Shown: positions 47,425 to 60,119 of the stretch, piece by piece
Numbering within the stretch: the first letter of the stretch is position 1
Layout of the letters: every line of letters starts with the position of its first letter
Source: an uncultured Rhodospirillaceae bacterium
GTDB lineage: Bacteria; Pseudomonadota; Alphaproteobacteria; UBA6615
Direction: 5' to 3'
Length of the DNA: 64,000 bases
Assembly (NCBI GenBank): GCA_964530225.1
Contig: CAZHBA010000049.1
Location: 847 to 64,846, forward strand
Made by a program: the position numbers and the translations under genes
Notes under the pieces: model-generated
What the model saw: only the letters and a program-made list of their open reading frames with translations
What the model was told of the DNA's origin: nothing
Databases searched by the model: none

Positions 47425-48777
47425 ATGCTGTCACAAACTAAGAAATTCCTACGCCGGTCAGCGAGTGCACTGGTGGTCGTTGCCGTGTTCGCACTGCCCA
47501 CAGCCGCTGCTGCGCAGCTGACGATCGACGTGACTTCGGGTACGGTCGAGCCGCTGCCGATCGCGGTTCCTGATTTCATTGCCCAAAGCCCCGACGCGCG
47601 GCAAGTTGCTACCGACATCACTTCGGTGATCGCCGGTGATTTAGAGCGCTCAGGCTTGTTCGCGCCGATCGACAAGGGCGCCTTTTTGTCTCGGCCGGCG
47701 GCGCTGGCGGTGCGGCCCAACTTCGTCAATTGGAAGCCGCTGAACGCCCAGGCCCTGATTATCGGCGAAACGAAGCTATTACCCGGCGGCCAACTGCGCA
47801 CCGATTTTCGCTTGTGGGATGTGTTCGCCGAACAGCCGATGACAGGGCTCAGCCTGTCGACTTCTCCATCCAATTGGCGCCGTGTGGCGCACATTATCGC
47901 CGATGCAATTTACGAGCGCATCACTGGCGAGCGCGGCTATTTTGATACTAGGATCGTTTATATTTCCGAGACTGGCCCGCTCGAACGGCGGGTCAAGCGG
48001 CTGTCGATAATGGACCAGGACGGGGCCAATCACCGGTTCCTGTCCGACGGTGGTACGCTGGTCCTAACGCCGCGATTTTCGCCGACCCAACAAGAGATTA
48101 CCTACCTCGCCTACTTCAACGACCAACCGCGGGTGTACCTGTTCAATATCGATACCGGTGAACAGGAAGTGCTCGGTGATTTTCCCGGCATGACCTTTGC
48201 ACCACGGTTTTCGCCCGACGGTAACCAAGTGATTATGAGCTTGGCTGAAAACGGCAACTCGGATGTTCACGTCATGGATTTGCGTACGCGACGGGTTCGG
48301 CAGTTGACCAAGCATCCGGCAATCGACACCGCACCGAGTTTCTCGCCTGACGGCCGCCACATAGTGTTCGAATCGGACCGCGGCGGCAGCCAGCAACTCT
48401 ATGTCATGGATTCCGACGGCGGCAACCAGCATCGCATCAGCTTTAAATCGGGTGGCCGTTACGGTACGCCGGTGTGGTCGCCGCGCGGCGACCTGATTGC
48501 CTTCACCAAAATACAAAGCGGTCTGTTTCATATTGGTGTAATGCGGCCAGATGGCAGCGGAGAACGCCTGTTGACAAGGGGTTTTCTGGTGGAGAGTCCC
48601 ACTTGGTCGCCCAATGGCCGGGTGCTAATGTTCTTCAAGCAGGATAAATCGGACGATAAGGGACGAGGGCGTAATTCGCGGCTCTATTCGATCGATCTGA
48701 CCGGCCATAACAAACGTGAAATAATTACGCCGGTCGAGGCATCAGACCCGGCTTGGTCGCCGGCGAGTTCACGTTAG
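47425..48777 (+). CDS. tolB: Tol-Pal system beta-propeller protein TolB
   Basis: 450 aa. Signal peptide, and WD40-like repeats FSPDG...FxSDRxG. Confidence 0.9.
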   Translation: MLSQTKKFLRRSASALVVVAVFALPTAAAAQLTIDVTSGTVEPLPIAVPDFIAQSPDARQVATDITSVIAGDLERSGLFAPIDKGAFLSRPAALAVRPNFVNWKPLNAQALIIGETKLLPGGQLRTDFRLWDVFAEQPMTGLSLSTSPSNWRRVAHIIADAIYERITGERGYFDTRIVYISETGPLERRVKRLSIMDQDGANHRFLSDGGTLVLTPRFSPTQQEITYLAYFNDQPRVYLFNIDTGEQEVLGDFPGMTFAPRFSPDGNQVIMSLAENGNSDVHVMDLRTRRVRQLTKHPAIDTAPSFSPDGRHIVFESDRGGSQQLYVMDSDGGNQHRISFKSGGRYGTPVWSPRGDLIAFTKIQSGLFHIGVMRPDGSGERLLTRGFLVESPTWSPNGRVLMFFKQDKSDDKGRGRNSRLYSIDLTGHNKREIITPVEASDPAWSPASSR

Positions 48778-49020
48778 AATTAGAAACAAACTTCAAATAA
48801 AGACGCTGATAATGCTGCCAATTTCCTATGCTTGGCCGGACTTTTTTTTTGCTTCGAATCATCGCCTACAGTATAGTTCCTGCGCAATTAAGCGGTCGGA
48901 GATTGTGAGTTGGGGTGGTGTGCGCTCAATTCGGTGCTGTACAGTACAGTCTCGCTTGAAATTAAGTGATGTGTCCGAACACAAAAGCATCGGACAGCAA
49001 CGGCTTTTAAGGAGTCTGCG

Positions 49021-49545
49021 ATGAGATTAAATCTTCCAGTGGTTGTCGCGGCCGCGTTTCTTCTAGCAGCGTGTTCGACCGCATCGGACGAAGGGGCGGA
49101 CTCGGGTAGCTCGGGTAGTAGTGGTGCTTCAACGTTTTCAGCGCCATTCCAAGAGCAGGTGGCTACACCATCGGGGCCAAAGCCTGGCACGTCACTCGAT
49201 CTCGAGGTTAACGTCGGTGATCGGGTATTTTTCGATTTTGATAAGTCGACACTTAGGCCTAACGGGCGTACCACGATAGAACGCTGGGCGGCTTGGCTTA
49301 AGACCTACCCAGCCAACAAGCTCATGATCGAAGGCCATGCTGATGAGCGTGGCACCCGCGAATATAACTTGGCGCTGGGTGAGCGTCGGGCGAACGCATC
49401 GCGCGAGTATCTGATCTCATTGGGGGTCGACCCCAACCGGGTGAAGACAATCAGCTATGGCAAGGAACGGCCGGCTATTCCGGGCTCGAATGTGAACGCT
49501 TGGGCCCAGAACCGCCGTAGCGTAGCTGTCCTCGATAGTAATTAG
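49021..49545 (+). CDS. pal: peptidoglycan-associated lipoprotein Pal
   Basis: Lipobox LLAAC. OmpA_C motif EGHADERGTREYNLALGERRA. Confidence 0.9.
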   Translation: MRLNLPVVVAAAFLLAACSTASDEGADSGSSGSSGASTFSAPFQEQVATPSGPKPGTSLDLEVNVGDRVFFDFDKSTLRPNGRTTIERWAAWLKTYPANKLMIEGHADERGTREYNLALGERRANASREYLISLGVDPNRVKTISYGKERPAIPGSNVNAWAQNRRSVAVLDSN

Positions 49546-49603
49546 ATTGGTTGCGGCGCCCCGGTTCACCGGGACGACCGCCTTTCAAAGCGTGCGTTGA
49601 CAC

Positions 49604-49641
49604 CCTCGGCTGTATCCACCAGCCGGGGCCGTTTTGTTTTG
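49604..49641 (+). terminator. intrinsic terminator after pal
   Basis: CCTCGGCTG-N7-CAGCCGGGG 9-bp stem (one G-U pair) followed by CCGTTTTGTTTTG. Confidence 0.55.
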
Positions 49642-49752
49642 ATTGCCATAGTTTTGCCGAATTACCTGAGCAGATTACGCACGCATGATTGACGTTGGCG
49701 TTGAACTTGCGCATATCGGGAATCTGAAAACGAACTATCTAAGGACGGTGCC

Positions 49753-50883
49753 ATGATTGCACCTCTATGCCAGCCCATTTCTGTACTAAATCGCCGATGG
49801 TTGGGTCCGGCGCTCGCGATCGCCATCGTTGCCGCCACACCGATGCTAAGTGCGGCACCAGCAGGGGCGCAGTCGAACGATGTACAGTCACTGGTGAATA
49901 CGATCGAACGCCTGGCGCGGCAGTTACAGACGCTCGAACGCAGAGTATATCGCGGTGGAACGCCGCCTGCCGGGTCTGCTACGAACCCGTCCGTTAGCGG
50001 CTCGCCGCCGCCGGCTGCGGTATCGCAGCTGCAATTGAAATTCAGTCAACTCGAAGAGCAAATGCGTAGCATGACTGGGCAGATTGAGGAATTGGGCTTC
50101 AAAGTCAATCAGATCTCAACCCGGCTAGATCGTCTGGTCGCTGATGTGGACTTCCGTTTGCACGCGTTGGAAGGGTCTGGGGGACGGCCCAATACGGTCC
50201 AGGGCGTCACCCCAAGTGCCGTTCCGGGCGCACCCGCGCCGTCGGTACGCGTGCCATCGGGTCCGCCGGTTGCACCGCGCCGGGCGCCGCAGGTTGGTGG
50301 CGTTGTCGTCAATCCCGAGGGCGCACCGGGCCCGTCGCTAAGAATCGGCACACTGACCGAGAGCCAAATCAAGGCAGCTGGCATCACGCCTTCTGACCCC
50401 GGAACAGGCGCTATGGCTAGCGCAAGTTCGGGAATTGATCAGACTACTCCCCAACAGGCGACACCGGGCGCTGGCGACGCCTCGGGTTTGCCCCCGGGTA
50501 CGGCACAAGAACGCTACAATTATGCCAGGGGGTTTCTGCTTCGGCGTGACTTCGCCGGCGCTGAGAAATCGTTGCGGGCGTTCGTCGAAACCTATCCGGA
50601 TGACGTGCTGGCGGGTAATGCGCAATACTGGCTTGGCGAAACATTTTATGTCCGCGGCGATTTCGGCACTGCCGCTCGTGCCTTCGCTATCGGCTTTCAA
50701 CGCTATCCCAACAGCAGCAAGGCGCCCGACAATCTGCTCAAGCTCGGCATGTCCCTGGCCGCGCTCGAGCGCACCGAGGATGCTTGCATTATCCTGAAGA
50801 AGTTGTCGAAAGAGTATCCCAAGGCGCCGACCAATATAATGAAGCGCGCGGAAACGAAACGCATCCGCCTCAAATGCAAGTGA
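49753..50883 (+). CDS. cpoB: Tol-Pal-associated cell-division coordinator CpoB/YbgF (TPR)
   Basis: Signal peptide, coiled coil and C-terminal TPR repeats (NAQYWLGETFYVRGDF...). Confidence 0.8.
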   Translation: MIAPLCQPISVLNRRWLGPALAIAIVAATPMLSAAPAGAQSNDVQSLVNTIERLARQLQTLERRVYRGGTPPAGSATNPSVSGSPPPAAVSQLQLKFSQLEEQMRSMTGQIEELGFKVNQISTRLDRLVADVDFRLHALEGSGGRPNTVQGVTPSAVPGAPAPSVRVPSGPPVAPRRAPQVGGVVVNPEGAPGPSLRIGTLTESQIKAAGITPSDPGTGAMASASSGIDQTTPQQATPGAGDASGLPPGTAQERYNYARGFLLRRDFAGAEKSLRAFVETYPDDVLAGNAQYWLGETFYVRGDFGTAARAFAIGFQRYPNSSKAPDNLLKLGMSLAALERTEDACIILKKLSKEYPKAPTNIMKRAETKRIRLKCK

Positions 50884-52229
50884 TGGCGCGGCGTGTTGCC
50901 GCGCCGTCCGCGTGTCCACCGTCTGCAACACCAGTGACTAACGATGAATTCGCGGTATGGATGGAGCGTTTTTCACCGTTTGAAAACGCGTTGACGATTG
51001 CCGCCGCGGTGTCGGGGGGGCGCGACAGCATGAGCCTCGCATTGTTGGCGTCTCGCTGGGCGGCGGTTCAGGGCGGTGAATTTATCGCCTTAACCGTTGA
51101 TCATGGATTGCGCCCGGAATCTGCATCCGAAGCGCGACAGGTTGGTGATTGGCTGAATCAGCTTGGCATTTGCCATCGCATTTTGCGCTGGCAGGGTCCT
51201 TATCCGAAAACCGGTATTCAAGCCGCTGCTCGCCAGGCGCGCTACCGCCTGCTGATGGACTATTGCCGCGACCACTCGATCTTGCACTTGCTGGTCGGCC
51301 ATCACCGCGAAGATCAGGCGGAAACTGTTTTGATTCGCCGCGCGCGCGCCAGCGGTAGCGATGGTTTGGCGGCCATGGCGGCGGTTAGCGAACGGACGTA
51401 TCTGCGGCTATTGCGTCCCTTATTGGATGTGCCGCGCGAGCGTCTGACCGCTACCCTCGTCGGCGCCAGACAGAACTGGATCGACGACCCGAGCAATGAC
51501 AACACGAAAATGGCCCGGGGGCGTCTACGTGCCCAGGGGGATCCATCGTCACTGACGGACGCGCTGGTAACAGCGCATGCGAACGCCGGCGAGCGCATTT
51601 TGGCCGAGCGCGCGACCGCTGGTCTGGCGGCGCGGGCTCTGCGGTTCCATCCGGCTGGGTTTGCGACCATCGATAGAAACGTGCTGGCGAAGGCAGCGCC
51701 CATTATCGTCGAGCGGCTGTTGGCGCGAACAGTGATGGCCGTCGCTGGCCTCACCTATCCGCCGCGCAGCGATCGTATTCGCCGCTTGCGCGAAGCCATG
51801 GCAAATACCGGCCCAATTACCGGCCGCACATTGGGGGGATGCCGGCTGATCGGGCGGAAAAATCTGACCTATGTGTGCCGCGAAGCGGCCAGAATCGGCC
51901 CGCCGGTGCGCCTGGTCGCGGGGACCGAAACAGTCTGGGATGGCCGGTTTACGGTCTCGGTCACGAAGAATTTAGCAGAAGAGGCCCGCCTGGAAGCCCT
52001 AACGGCGGCCGGTTGGAGCCAAATCGCCGCTGTCGATCCTGGACTCCGAACCACATCCGTGCCCCATGCCGTGCGCACAGTGTTGCCCGCCGTCTGGCGC
52101 GGTGATCAAGTGGCTGCTGTGCCCCATCTGGGATTCGTTAACGAAGCCAATGCGTTGGTCACCAACGGGTTGCGGCTGATTTGGCTACCCCCATTGGCGG
52201 TTGCGCCAGCTTTGTTCGGTAAGGTCTGA
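50883..52229 (+). CDS. tilS: tRNA(Ile)-lysidine synthetase
   Basis: PP-loop SGGRDSMSL, ~448 aa. The ATG overlaps the cpoB stop (ATGA); the ORF-track start at 50784 lies inside cpoB. Confidence 0.8.
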   Translation: MARRVAAPSACPPSATPVTNDEFAVWMERFSPFENALTIAAAVSGGRDSMSLALLASRWAAVQGGEFIALTVDHGLRPESASEARQVGDWLNQLGICHRILRWQGPYPKTGIQAAARQARYRLLMDYCRDHSILHLLVGHHREDQAETVLIRRARASGSDGLAAMAAVSERTYLRLLRPLLDVPRERLTATLVGARQNWIDDPSNDNTKMARGRLRAQGDPSSLTDALVTAHANAGERILAERATAGLAARALRFHPAGFATIDRNVLAKAAPIIVERLLARTVMAVAGLTYPPRSDRIRRLREAMANTGPITGRTLGGCRLIGRKNLTYVCREAARIGPPVRLVAGTETVWDGRFTVSVTKNLAEEARLEALTAAGWSQIAAVDPGLRTTSVPHAVRTVLPAVWRGDQVAAVPHLGFVNEANALVTNGLRLIWLPPLAVAPALFGKV

Positions 52230-52393
52230 TTATGGAATTAGGCCTATTATATGGCTTGTAGGCCATTGCCTCGGCTGTGTTCGGACCCCATGTGTTAATT
52301 AGGGCCGCGTCGCGCCGGTGTGGTGCGCCGTCAAACGTGCATTGGTGCCGCCACGAGTCTAATATATAACGTTTAGATCAACGGAGTAGGCTG

Positions 52394-54325
<1,932 letters not shown>

Positions 54326-54346
54326 CGCTAAGCTCAGTGCCTGGCG

Positions 54347-55429
54347 TTGCTGGCGCCAATGATCCAATCTGACGAAACAATCTATATCCGCCCGCTCGGC
54401 CTAGTTTCCGGCGCTACCGCCCGATTGATGTGTGCGGATGGCCAGGCGGTACCGCTGGCCGGCGGCCCGTTCGCGTTCACCCATGGTGAAGTAAATTCCC
54501 GCGATAATTCAGGTAATGCGCAGCGATCAGTACGTTCCGTTGCGGATCTCGGTGATGGCTTGGCGCGTCTAAGCGAACCCAGAGGGTCGTTCGCCGGCAT
54601 ACCGTTGCCGGATGTGGGCGGGCAGCCGCTGGTGATGGGCATATTGAATGTAACGCCCGACAGCTTTTTCGATGGTGGTAGACATGCCGACGCGGACGCT
54701 GCGATAGGTCACGGCCGGGCACTGCGTGCGGCGGGCGCTGATCTGATCGATATCGGTGGTGAGTCGACCCGGCCCGGTGCCAAACCGGTATCCGTCGAGG
54801 AAGAGCTTGAACGGGTCATGCCGGTGGTCGCGGCGCTGGCGGGTGAGGATGTGCCGGTTTCCATCGATACCAGGCGTGCGCCGGTCATGCGTGAAGCAAT
54901 CGCCGCCGGTGCGCGCATCGTCAACGACGTCGCAGCGCTGCAGGGCGATTCTGCTTCGCTCGATGCCGTCGCCACCAGCGATGCTGGTGTCATTCTAATG
55001 CACATGCAGGGTTCGCCCGGCACCATGCAAAATGCGCCGCGTTACGACGATGTGGTGTTCGACGTTTACGACGCGTTGGCGGCGCGGGTAGCGGTCTACG
55101 AGACCGCTGGCATCACGCCCGCGCGTATCTGCGTCGACCCCGGCATCGGCTTTGGCAAAACAGCCACCCACAATCTGGAACTGATTTCTTCGCTGGCAAT
55201 TTTTCATGGACTCGGCTGCGCTCTCGCCATCGGTGTGTCGCGCAAGAGCTTTATCGACGCACTAGTGGGGCCGGTGCGGGCCGAGGACAGGCTGCCGGGC
55301 TCGCTCGCCGCGATGGTAATGGCGATCGGCCAGGGTGCGCAAATTGTGCGCGTGCACGACGTTGGCGAAACCGTGCAGGCGATTTCCCTGTGGCGCCAAA
55401 CTGGGGCGGTTTTAACGCCTCTGACATAG
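54347..55429 (+). CDS. folP: dihydropteroate synthase (with ~85-aa N-terminal extension)
   Basis: GILNVTPDSFFDGG and ...DIGGESTRPG pterin-binding motifs. The canonical DHPS fold begins near residue 90 of the ORF. Confidence 0.85.
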   Translation: MLAPMIQSDETIYIRPLGLVSGATARLMCADGQAVPLAGGPFAFTHGEVNSRDNSGNAQRSVRSVADLGDGLARLSEPRGSFAGIPLPDVGGQPLVMGILNVTPDSFFDGGRHADADAAIGHGRALRAAGADLIDIGGESTRPGAKPVSVEEELERVMPVVAALAGEDVPVSIDTRRAPVMREAIAAGARIVNDVAALQGDSASLDAVATSDAGVILMHMQGSPGTMQNAPRYDDVVFDVYDALAARVAVYETAGITPARICVDPGIGFGKTATHNLELISSLAIFHGLGCALAIGVSRKSFIDALVGPVRAEDRLPGSLAAMVMAIGQGAQIVRVHDVGETVQAISLWRQTGAVLTPLT

Positions 55430-55486
55430 AAATGAATTATTAGCGTCACTTTGCTATAAGGCGGTGACGCGACTCGGGTAGGAAGA

Positions 55487-56839
55487 ATGATGCGCAAATT
55501 CTTTGGCACCGATGGTATTCGGGGAAAAACCAACGTTGAGCCCATGACGGCGGAGATGGCGCTACGCGTCGCCATGGCCGCGGGGCGGCATTTTACCCGT
55601 GGCGACCATCGTCACCTGGCGGTTATCGGAAAGGATACGCGGCTCAGCAACTATATGCTCGAACCGGCCATGCAGTCGGGTTTTATTTCCATGGGCATGG
55701 ATGTTGTCCTCGTCGGCCCGATGCCAACGCCGGCTGTCGCCATGCTGACGCGCTCGCTGCGCGCCGATGTCGGGGTTATGATTTCGGCCTCCCATAACCT
55801 TTATGAGGACAACGGCATCAAGTTATTCGGCCCGGACGGCTACAAACTGTCCGACGAAGTCGAAGCGAAGATTGAAAGCTTGATGGCGAATGGCCTCGTC
55901 GATCACCTCGCCGGCTCGCATCATCTCGGCCGCGCCCGTCGGCTCGAAGACGCGCCTGGCCGCTACATCGAATTCGTCAAGCATACCTTCCCGCGCGGGC
56001 TCAGCCTTGAGGGGCTGAAGATCGTCGTCGATTGCGCCCATGGCGCCGCCTACAAGGTGGCGCCCCGCGTGTTGCACGAATTGGGAGCCGATGTCGTGCC
56101 CATAGCGGTCGATCCCGACGGCACCAATATTAACCGCGACTGCGGCGCGACTTCGCCGGTGGCGATGCAAGAGCAGGTGGAAGCCCACAAGGCCGACCTC
56201 GGTATCGCGCTCGACGGCGACGCCGACCGCGTTATCATTGCCGACGAAATTGGTGCCATTCTCGACGGCGATCAGGTGATGGCGCTGGTGGCGCGTACCT
56301 GGCACACGCGCCAGCAATTGACAGGTGGCGGCGTGGTTGCCACGGTGATGTCAAACCTGGGCCTCGAGCGCTATCTCGAAGGCATCGGCCTCGATCTGGT
56401 ACGTACTCAGGTTGGCGACCGCTACGTTTTGGAACACATGCGCAAGCACGGCTACAATGTCGGCGGCGAACAATCGGGTCACATTATTTTAAGTGAGTAC
56501 GCCACCACCGGAGATGGCCTGATCGCCGCGCTGCAGGTATTGGCGACGCGCGTCGACAGTGGTGCTCCCTTGAGCGAGATCGGCCGCGCGTTTACCCCCT
56601 ATCCACAGATCCTGCGCAATGTGGCGGTGAATGGCGGTGCGCCACTGGAAACCGATGGCGTCAAACAGGCAATTTCTGATGGCGAGGCTAGCCTCGGCAA
56701 CGAGGGGCGGGTGCTAATCCGGCCGTCGGGGACCGAACCGGTAATCCGGGTCATGGCCGAAGGCCGTGACGAAGCTCAAGTTGGCGCTGTCGTTGATACC
56801 ATTGTTGGTGCCATCGAAAACGCTGGTGCAGCACATTAA
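55487..56839 (+). CDS. glmM: phosphoglucosamine mutase
   Basis: [13 protein letters not shown]...[14 protein letters not shown] phosphoserine loop. Confidence 0.9.
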   Translation: MMRKFFGTDGIRGKTNVEPMTAEMALRVAMAAGRHFTRGDHRHLAVIGKDTRLSNYMLEPAMQSGFISMGMDVVLVGPMPTPAVAMLTRSLRADVGVMISASHNLYEDNGIKLFGPDGYKLSDEVEAKIESLMANGLVDHLAGSHHLGRARRLEDAPGRYIEFVKHTFPRGLSLEGLKIVVDCAHGAAYKVAPRVLHELGADVVPIAVDPDGTNINRDCGATSPVAMQEQVEAHKADLGIALDGDADRVIIADEIGAILDGDQVMALVARTWHTRQQLTGGGVVATVMSNLGLERYLEGIGLDLVRTQVGDRYVLEHMRKHGYNVGGEQSGHIILSEYATTGDGLIAALQVLATRVDSGAPLSEIGRAFTPYPQILRNVAVNGGAPLETDGVKQAISDGEASLGNEGRVLIRPSGTEPVIRVMAEGRDEAQVGAVVDTIVGAIENAGAAH

Positions 56840-56871
56840 CGTCGGTCCTCTTATCTGATACACCTAGTTCC

Positions 56872-57681
56872 ATGAACGGACGGGTTTTGATCATCGCTGG
56901 CTCCGATTCTGGCGGCGGGGCCGGCATTCAGGCTGACATCAAATCAGTTAGCGCGCTTGGCGGCTTCGCCATGACCGCGATTACCGCGCTGACGGCGCAG
57001 AGCACGTTAGGTGTTCACGCTATCCATTCGGTCGACACCGAATTTATAGCCAAGCAGATGCGCGTGGTGTTCGACGATATCGGTGCCGACTGCCTGAAAA
57101 CCGGTATGCTGCACAATGAAGAGGTCATCGGCGTGGTCGCCGGCATGATTGCTGAGAAGGCCGCCGGCATCCCGTTGGTTGCCGACCCGGTAATGGTAGC
57201 CAAGGGTGGCGCCAGCCTGCTCGACGATGCTGCCCATGCGGCGCTGGCCGAGCAGGTCGTGCCGCTGGCTACGGTGTTAACTCCCAATGCGCCCGAGGCA
57301 GCTATACTTACCGGCATCGAGGTTACCGGCGAAGCCAGCCAAAAGGCGGCGGGCGAGGCGCTACGGGACATGGGGGCGGGCGCTGTTCTGGTCAAAGGCG
57401 GCCATATCGATGGGCCGCGGATCGTCGATCTACTAGTCACCGGTGATGGGGCCGTGCGCTTTGAGAGCCCGCGCATCGACACCTCCCATACCCATGGCAC
57501 TGGTTGCACGCTCGCCTCGGCAACCGCCGCGGGCTTGGCCCAGGGCATGGACCTGCCGGCGGCGGTTGCCCGCGCGCGCAACTACGTCATGGCGGCAATA
57601 GCTGCGGCGCCGGGCTATGGCGGTGGCCACGGTCCCATCGACCATACGGTAACCGTCGATCCTGGACGTATAGGCACCTGA
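56872..57681 (+). CDS. thiD: hydroxymethylpyrimidine/phosphomethylpyrimidine kinase
   Basis: VLIIAGSDSGGGAGIQADIK and GTGCTLAS motifs. Confidence 0.85.
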   Translation: MNGRVLIIAGSDSGGGAGIQADIKSVSALGGFAMTAITALTAQSTLGVHAIHSVDTEFIAKQMRVVFDDIGADCLKTGMLHNEEVIGVVAGMIAEKAAGIPLVADPVMVAKGGASLLDDAAHAALAEQVVPLATVLTPNAPEAAILTGIEVTGEASQKAAGEALRDMGAGAVLVKGGHIDGPRIVDLLVTGDGAVRFESPRIDTSHTHGTGCTLASATAAGLAQGMDLPAAVARARNYVMAAIAAAPGYGGGHGPIDHTVTVDPGRIGT

Positions 57682-57689
57682 CCCCGCGC

Positions 57690-58613
57690 ATGGCCGACGC
57701 CACATCAAAAAATCCCGGTGCGCAGCCGGCTGAGACTACCGGTCTGATTTCGCTTGCCACCACCGCTGCCTTGTTCACCGTCTTGATGTGGGGCGGATCG
57801 TCGATGGCGACTAAGATCGGCACCAGTGCGATGGACGGCTTCACTCTGGCGCTAATGCGCATCATCGCGGCCGGACCGTTTGCCCTCTTGCTCATTGTAT
57901 TTATGCGCTTGCGGCTGCCGTGGTACGCGGGCGACAGGTTCTATTTTGCCATCGTTGTGGTCACCGGCATGGCCCTGGCGCCATTGCTGTTTACGCTTGG
58001 CGTGCAATACACCACGGCCGGTCATGCCGCCGTTGCCAGCGCCTCGACTTCCATCTTTACCGGCCTGATTGACGCCGCCGCTCGCCGCCAATGGCCACGG
58101 ACGCGATGGTGGATCGGTGTCGCCATCGCCTTTTCCGGCGCCCTGATCCTCATCGCCGAGGCCGTTGGTTTGGGCTCAACCGACGCTACCTGGCAGGGTG
58201 ATTTGCTGGTGATTTCTGCCGCCATCGCCGGCTCGACAGGGTTTTATCTCGGTAGTCGATTGTCCATGCGCCATGGCGCGCTGGCGATAACCTTATGGAC
58301 GGTCGTTGCCGCGAGCGTTCTTTTGCTTCCCATCCTGTTTGTCACCACCTCGCTGGCCGAATTGTCCCGGGTCTCGGCGCTGAGTTGGGTGGTTATCTTT
58401 TACCTCGCCGCCGGCGCGTCGGTATTCGCCACTATCGCCTGGTACTACGCGTTAACCCGCGGCGGTATCGGCCGCATGGCGGTCTGGCAGTTCGCACTGC
58501 CGATCGTCGGTGTTGGATTGGCGGCGATCGTTCTGGGAGAGCCCATCACCCTACTGCTGGCCGTGTCTGTCGCCGTCATCTTGTCGGGTATCGCACTCGT
58601 GCAACGGTGCTGA
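57690..58613 (+). CDS. DMT-superfamily (EamA-like) transporter, copy 1
   Basis: 10-TM duplicated EamA architecture. Start at the ATG 9 nt after the thiD stop; the ORF-track start at 57504 is inside thiD. Confidence 0.8.
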   Translation: MADATSKNPGAQPAETTGLISLATTAALFTVLMWGGSSMATKIGTSAMDGFTLALMRIIAAGPFALLLIVFMRLRLPWYAGDRFYFAIVVVTGMALAPLLFTLGVQYTTAGHAAVASASTSIFTGLIDAAARRQWPRTRWWIGVAIAFSGALILIAEAVGLGSTDATWQGDLLVISAAIAGSTGFYLGSRLSMRHGALAITLWTVVAASVLLLPILFVTTSLAELSRVSALSWVVIFYLAAGASVFATIAWYYALTRGGIGRMAVWQFALPIVGVGLAAIVLGEPITLLLAVSVAVILSGIALVQRC

Positions 58614-58628
58614 TCGGGTAGCGGCGAT

Positions 58629-59510
58629 ATGCAAACTGATAAAACCTTCCGCCTTTACACCATCGCGCTCGCCGCGATCCTGCTGTATGGCCTGACGCCG
58701 CTGTTCACCAAGATCGCGGTCGGGTCGACTGACGGCATCACCGTTGGCGCGCTGCGCGCTATTGTGGCGCTGCCGCTGGCAATTGCCGCGATCGTCACGA
58801 TGCGGATGCGCTTGTCTCTGCACGGTAACGACAAGTGGCTAATTATCGTCTCGGGGGCCGGAAGCCTCGCCGTGTTTCCGTTGCTGTTCAGCTGGGGCGT
58901 ACAACTGACCACCGCCGGCCACGCCGCCGCAGGCACTGCGTCTGGCGCGGTCATGGCCGGGGTGTTGAGCGCCTGCATCGACCGACGCTGGCCGAGCCTC
59001 AATTGGTGGCTCGGCATCGCGGTAGGCTCCGCCGGTGCGTTATTATTGATTTGGGAGGCGGTCGGCCTCGGTGTCGAGGGAGTGACGTGGCAAGGCGATG
59101 CGTTAGTATTCGCCGGTATGTTCGCCGGCGTCATCGGCTATATCGCCGGTGCGCGGGTGACCCATGCGATGGGTGCGACAGTGGTGACCATGTGGAGCGT
59201 TGTCGTTGCGGCGTTGCTGCTGTTGCCGGTTGCCGTGTTCTGGTCGGGTAAAGCGGCATTCGCGAGCATTGATTTGACGAGTTGGGCCGCGATTTTTACA
59301 TTGGCCTGGGGCACCACTATTGGCGCCTATATCCTATGGAACCGCGCCGTGGCCGACGGCGGTGTGGCGCGTATTGGCTCGTTGCAACTGTTGCAACCGG
59401 TTATCGGTATCGGCGTGGCACCGGTATTTCTCGCCGAGCCGTTTACGGTGCCGCTCGCCCTGGCGACGGTGATCACGCTGGTTGGGGTCGTACTGGTGCA
59501 GCGGGGATAA
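58629..59510 (+). CDS. DMT-superfamily (EamA-like) transporter, copy 2
   Basis: Paralog of the preceding gene (TTAGHAA, WQGD and LVQR motifs shared). Confidence 0.8.
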   Translation: MQTDKTFRLYTIALAAILLYGLTPLFTKIAVGSTDGITVGALRAIVALPLAIAAIVTMRMRLSLHGNDKWLIIVSGAGSLAVFPLLFSWGVQLTTAGHAAAGTASGAVMAGVLSACIDRRWPSLNWWLGIAVGSAGALLLIWEAVGLGVEGVTWQGDALVFAGMFAGVIGYIAGARVTHAMGATVVTMWSVVVAALLLLPVAVFWSGKAAFASIDLTSWAAIFTLAWGTTIGAYILWNRAVADGGVARIGSLQLLQPVIGIGVAPVFLAEPFTVPLALATVITLVGVVLVQRG

Positions 59511-59516
59511 TTGGCG

Positions 59517-60119
59517 CTAGAGCCAGGGCGGCGAGCTGATCCACAGCGCTTCCGCCGGTTCTGCGTCGCCATTGCGCCAGCGGTGCGGGATTTCACTGCT
59601 GAAGCGGATACTGTCGCCGGTCTGGATCTTGTGCCACAGCCCGCCGACCTCGACCATCAAGGCTCCACGTTGGACAACGACAATATCCTCGCCGGGATGG
59701 GTGAAGGTATCGCCGCCCTCCGCGCCTGGTGGAACGCTCAAGGCTATCACCGAAACGCGGCCCTGGATGTCGGGTGTCAAAAGTTCGTAGGCGATATTGG
59801 TGTCGGCAAAGGCGACGCGTTTTCGTGCTTCGCGCCGCACGATAGCAACGCTTGCCTTGCCGCGGCGCGACCCGGCAGCGAATGCCAGGGTGCCGGCGGG
59901 AATGTCGACGGCGCCGGCGATCCGCCGCAGGGCTTCGACCGAGGGCGTCAGCAAATCACGCTCGATCTGGCTCAGATAACTGATCGACAGGCCGGTCGCC
60001 ACCGCCACCTCGCGTAGCTTCAGCCCAACCTCGCGCCGGGCAGTGCGGATGCTGGCTCCAAGGCTCACCATTTCCTCACCGGTTTCGGCAGTGGGGCGCT
60101 GTGCGGTCGCTGTTGTCAT
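59517..60119 (-). CDS. XRE-family HTH + cupin transcriptional regulator (PuuR-like)
   Basis: HTH VGLKLREVAVATGLSISYLSQIERD followed by a cupin barrel (GEDIVVVQRGALMVEVGG). The ATG overlaps the hyuB stop (ATGA). The ORF-track version adds 53 codons inside hyuB. Confidence 0.8.
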   Translation of the reverse strand: MTTATAQRPTAETGEEMVSLGASIRTARREVGLKLREVAVATGLSISYLSQIERDLLTPSVEALRRIAGAVDIPAGTLAFAAGSRRGKASVAIVRREARKRVAFADTNIAYELLTPDIQGRVSVIALSVPPGAEGGDTFTHPGEDIVVVQRGALMVEVGGLWHKIQTGDSIRFSSEIPHRWRNGDAEPAEALWISSPPWL

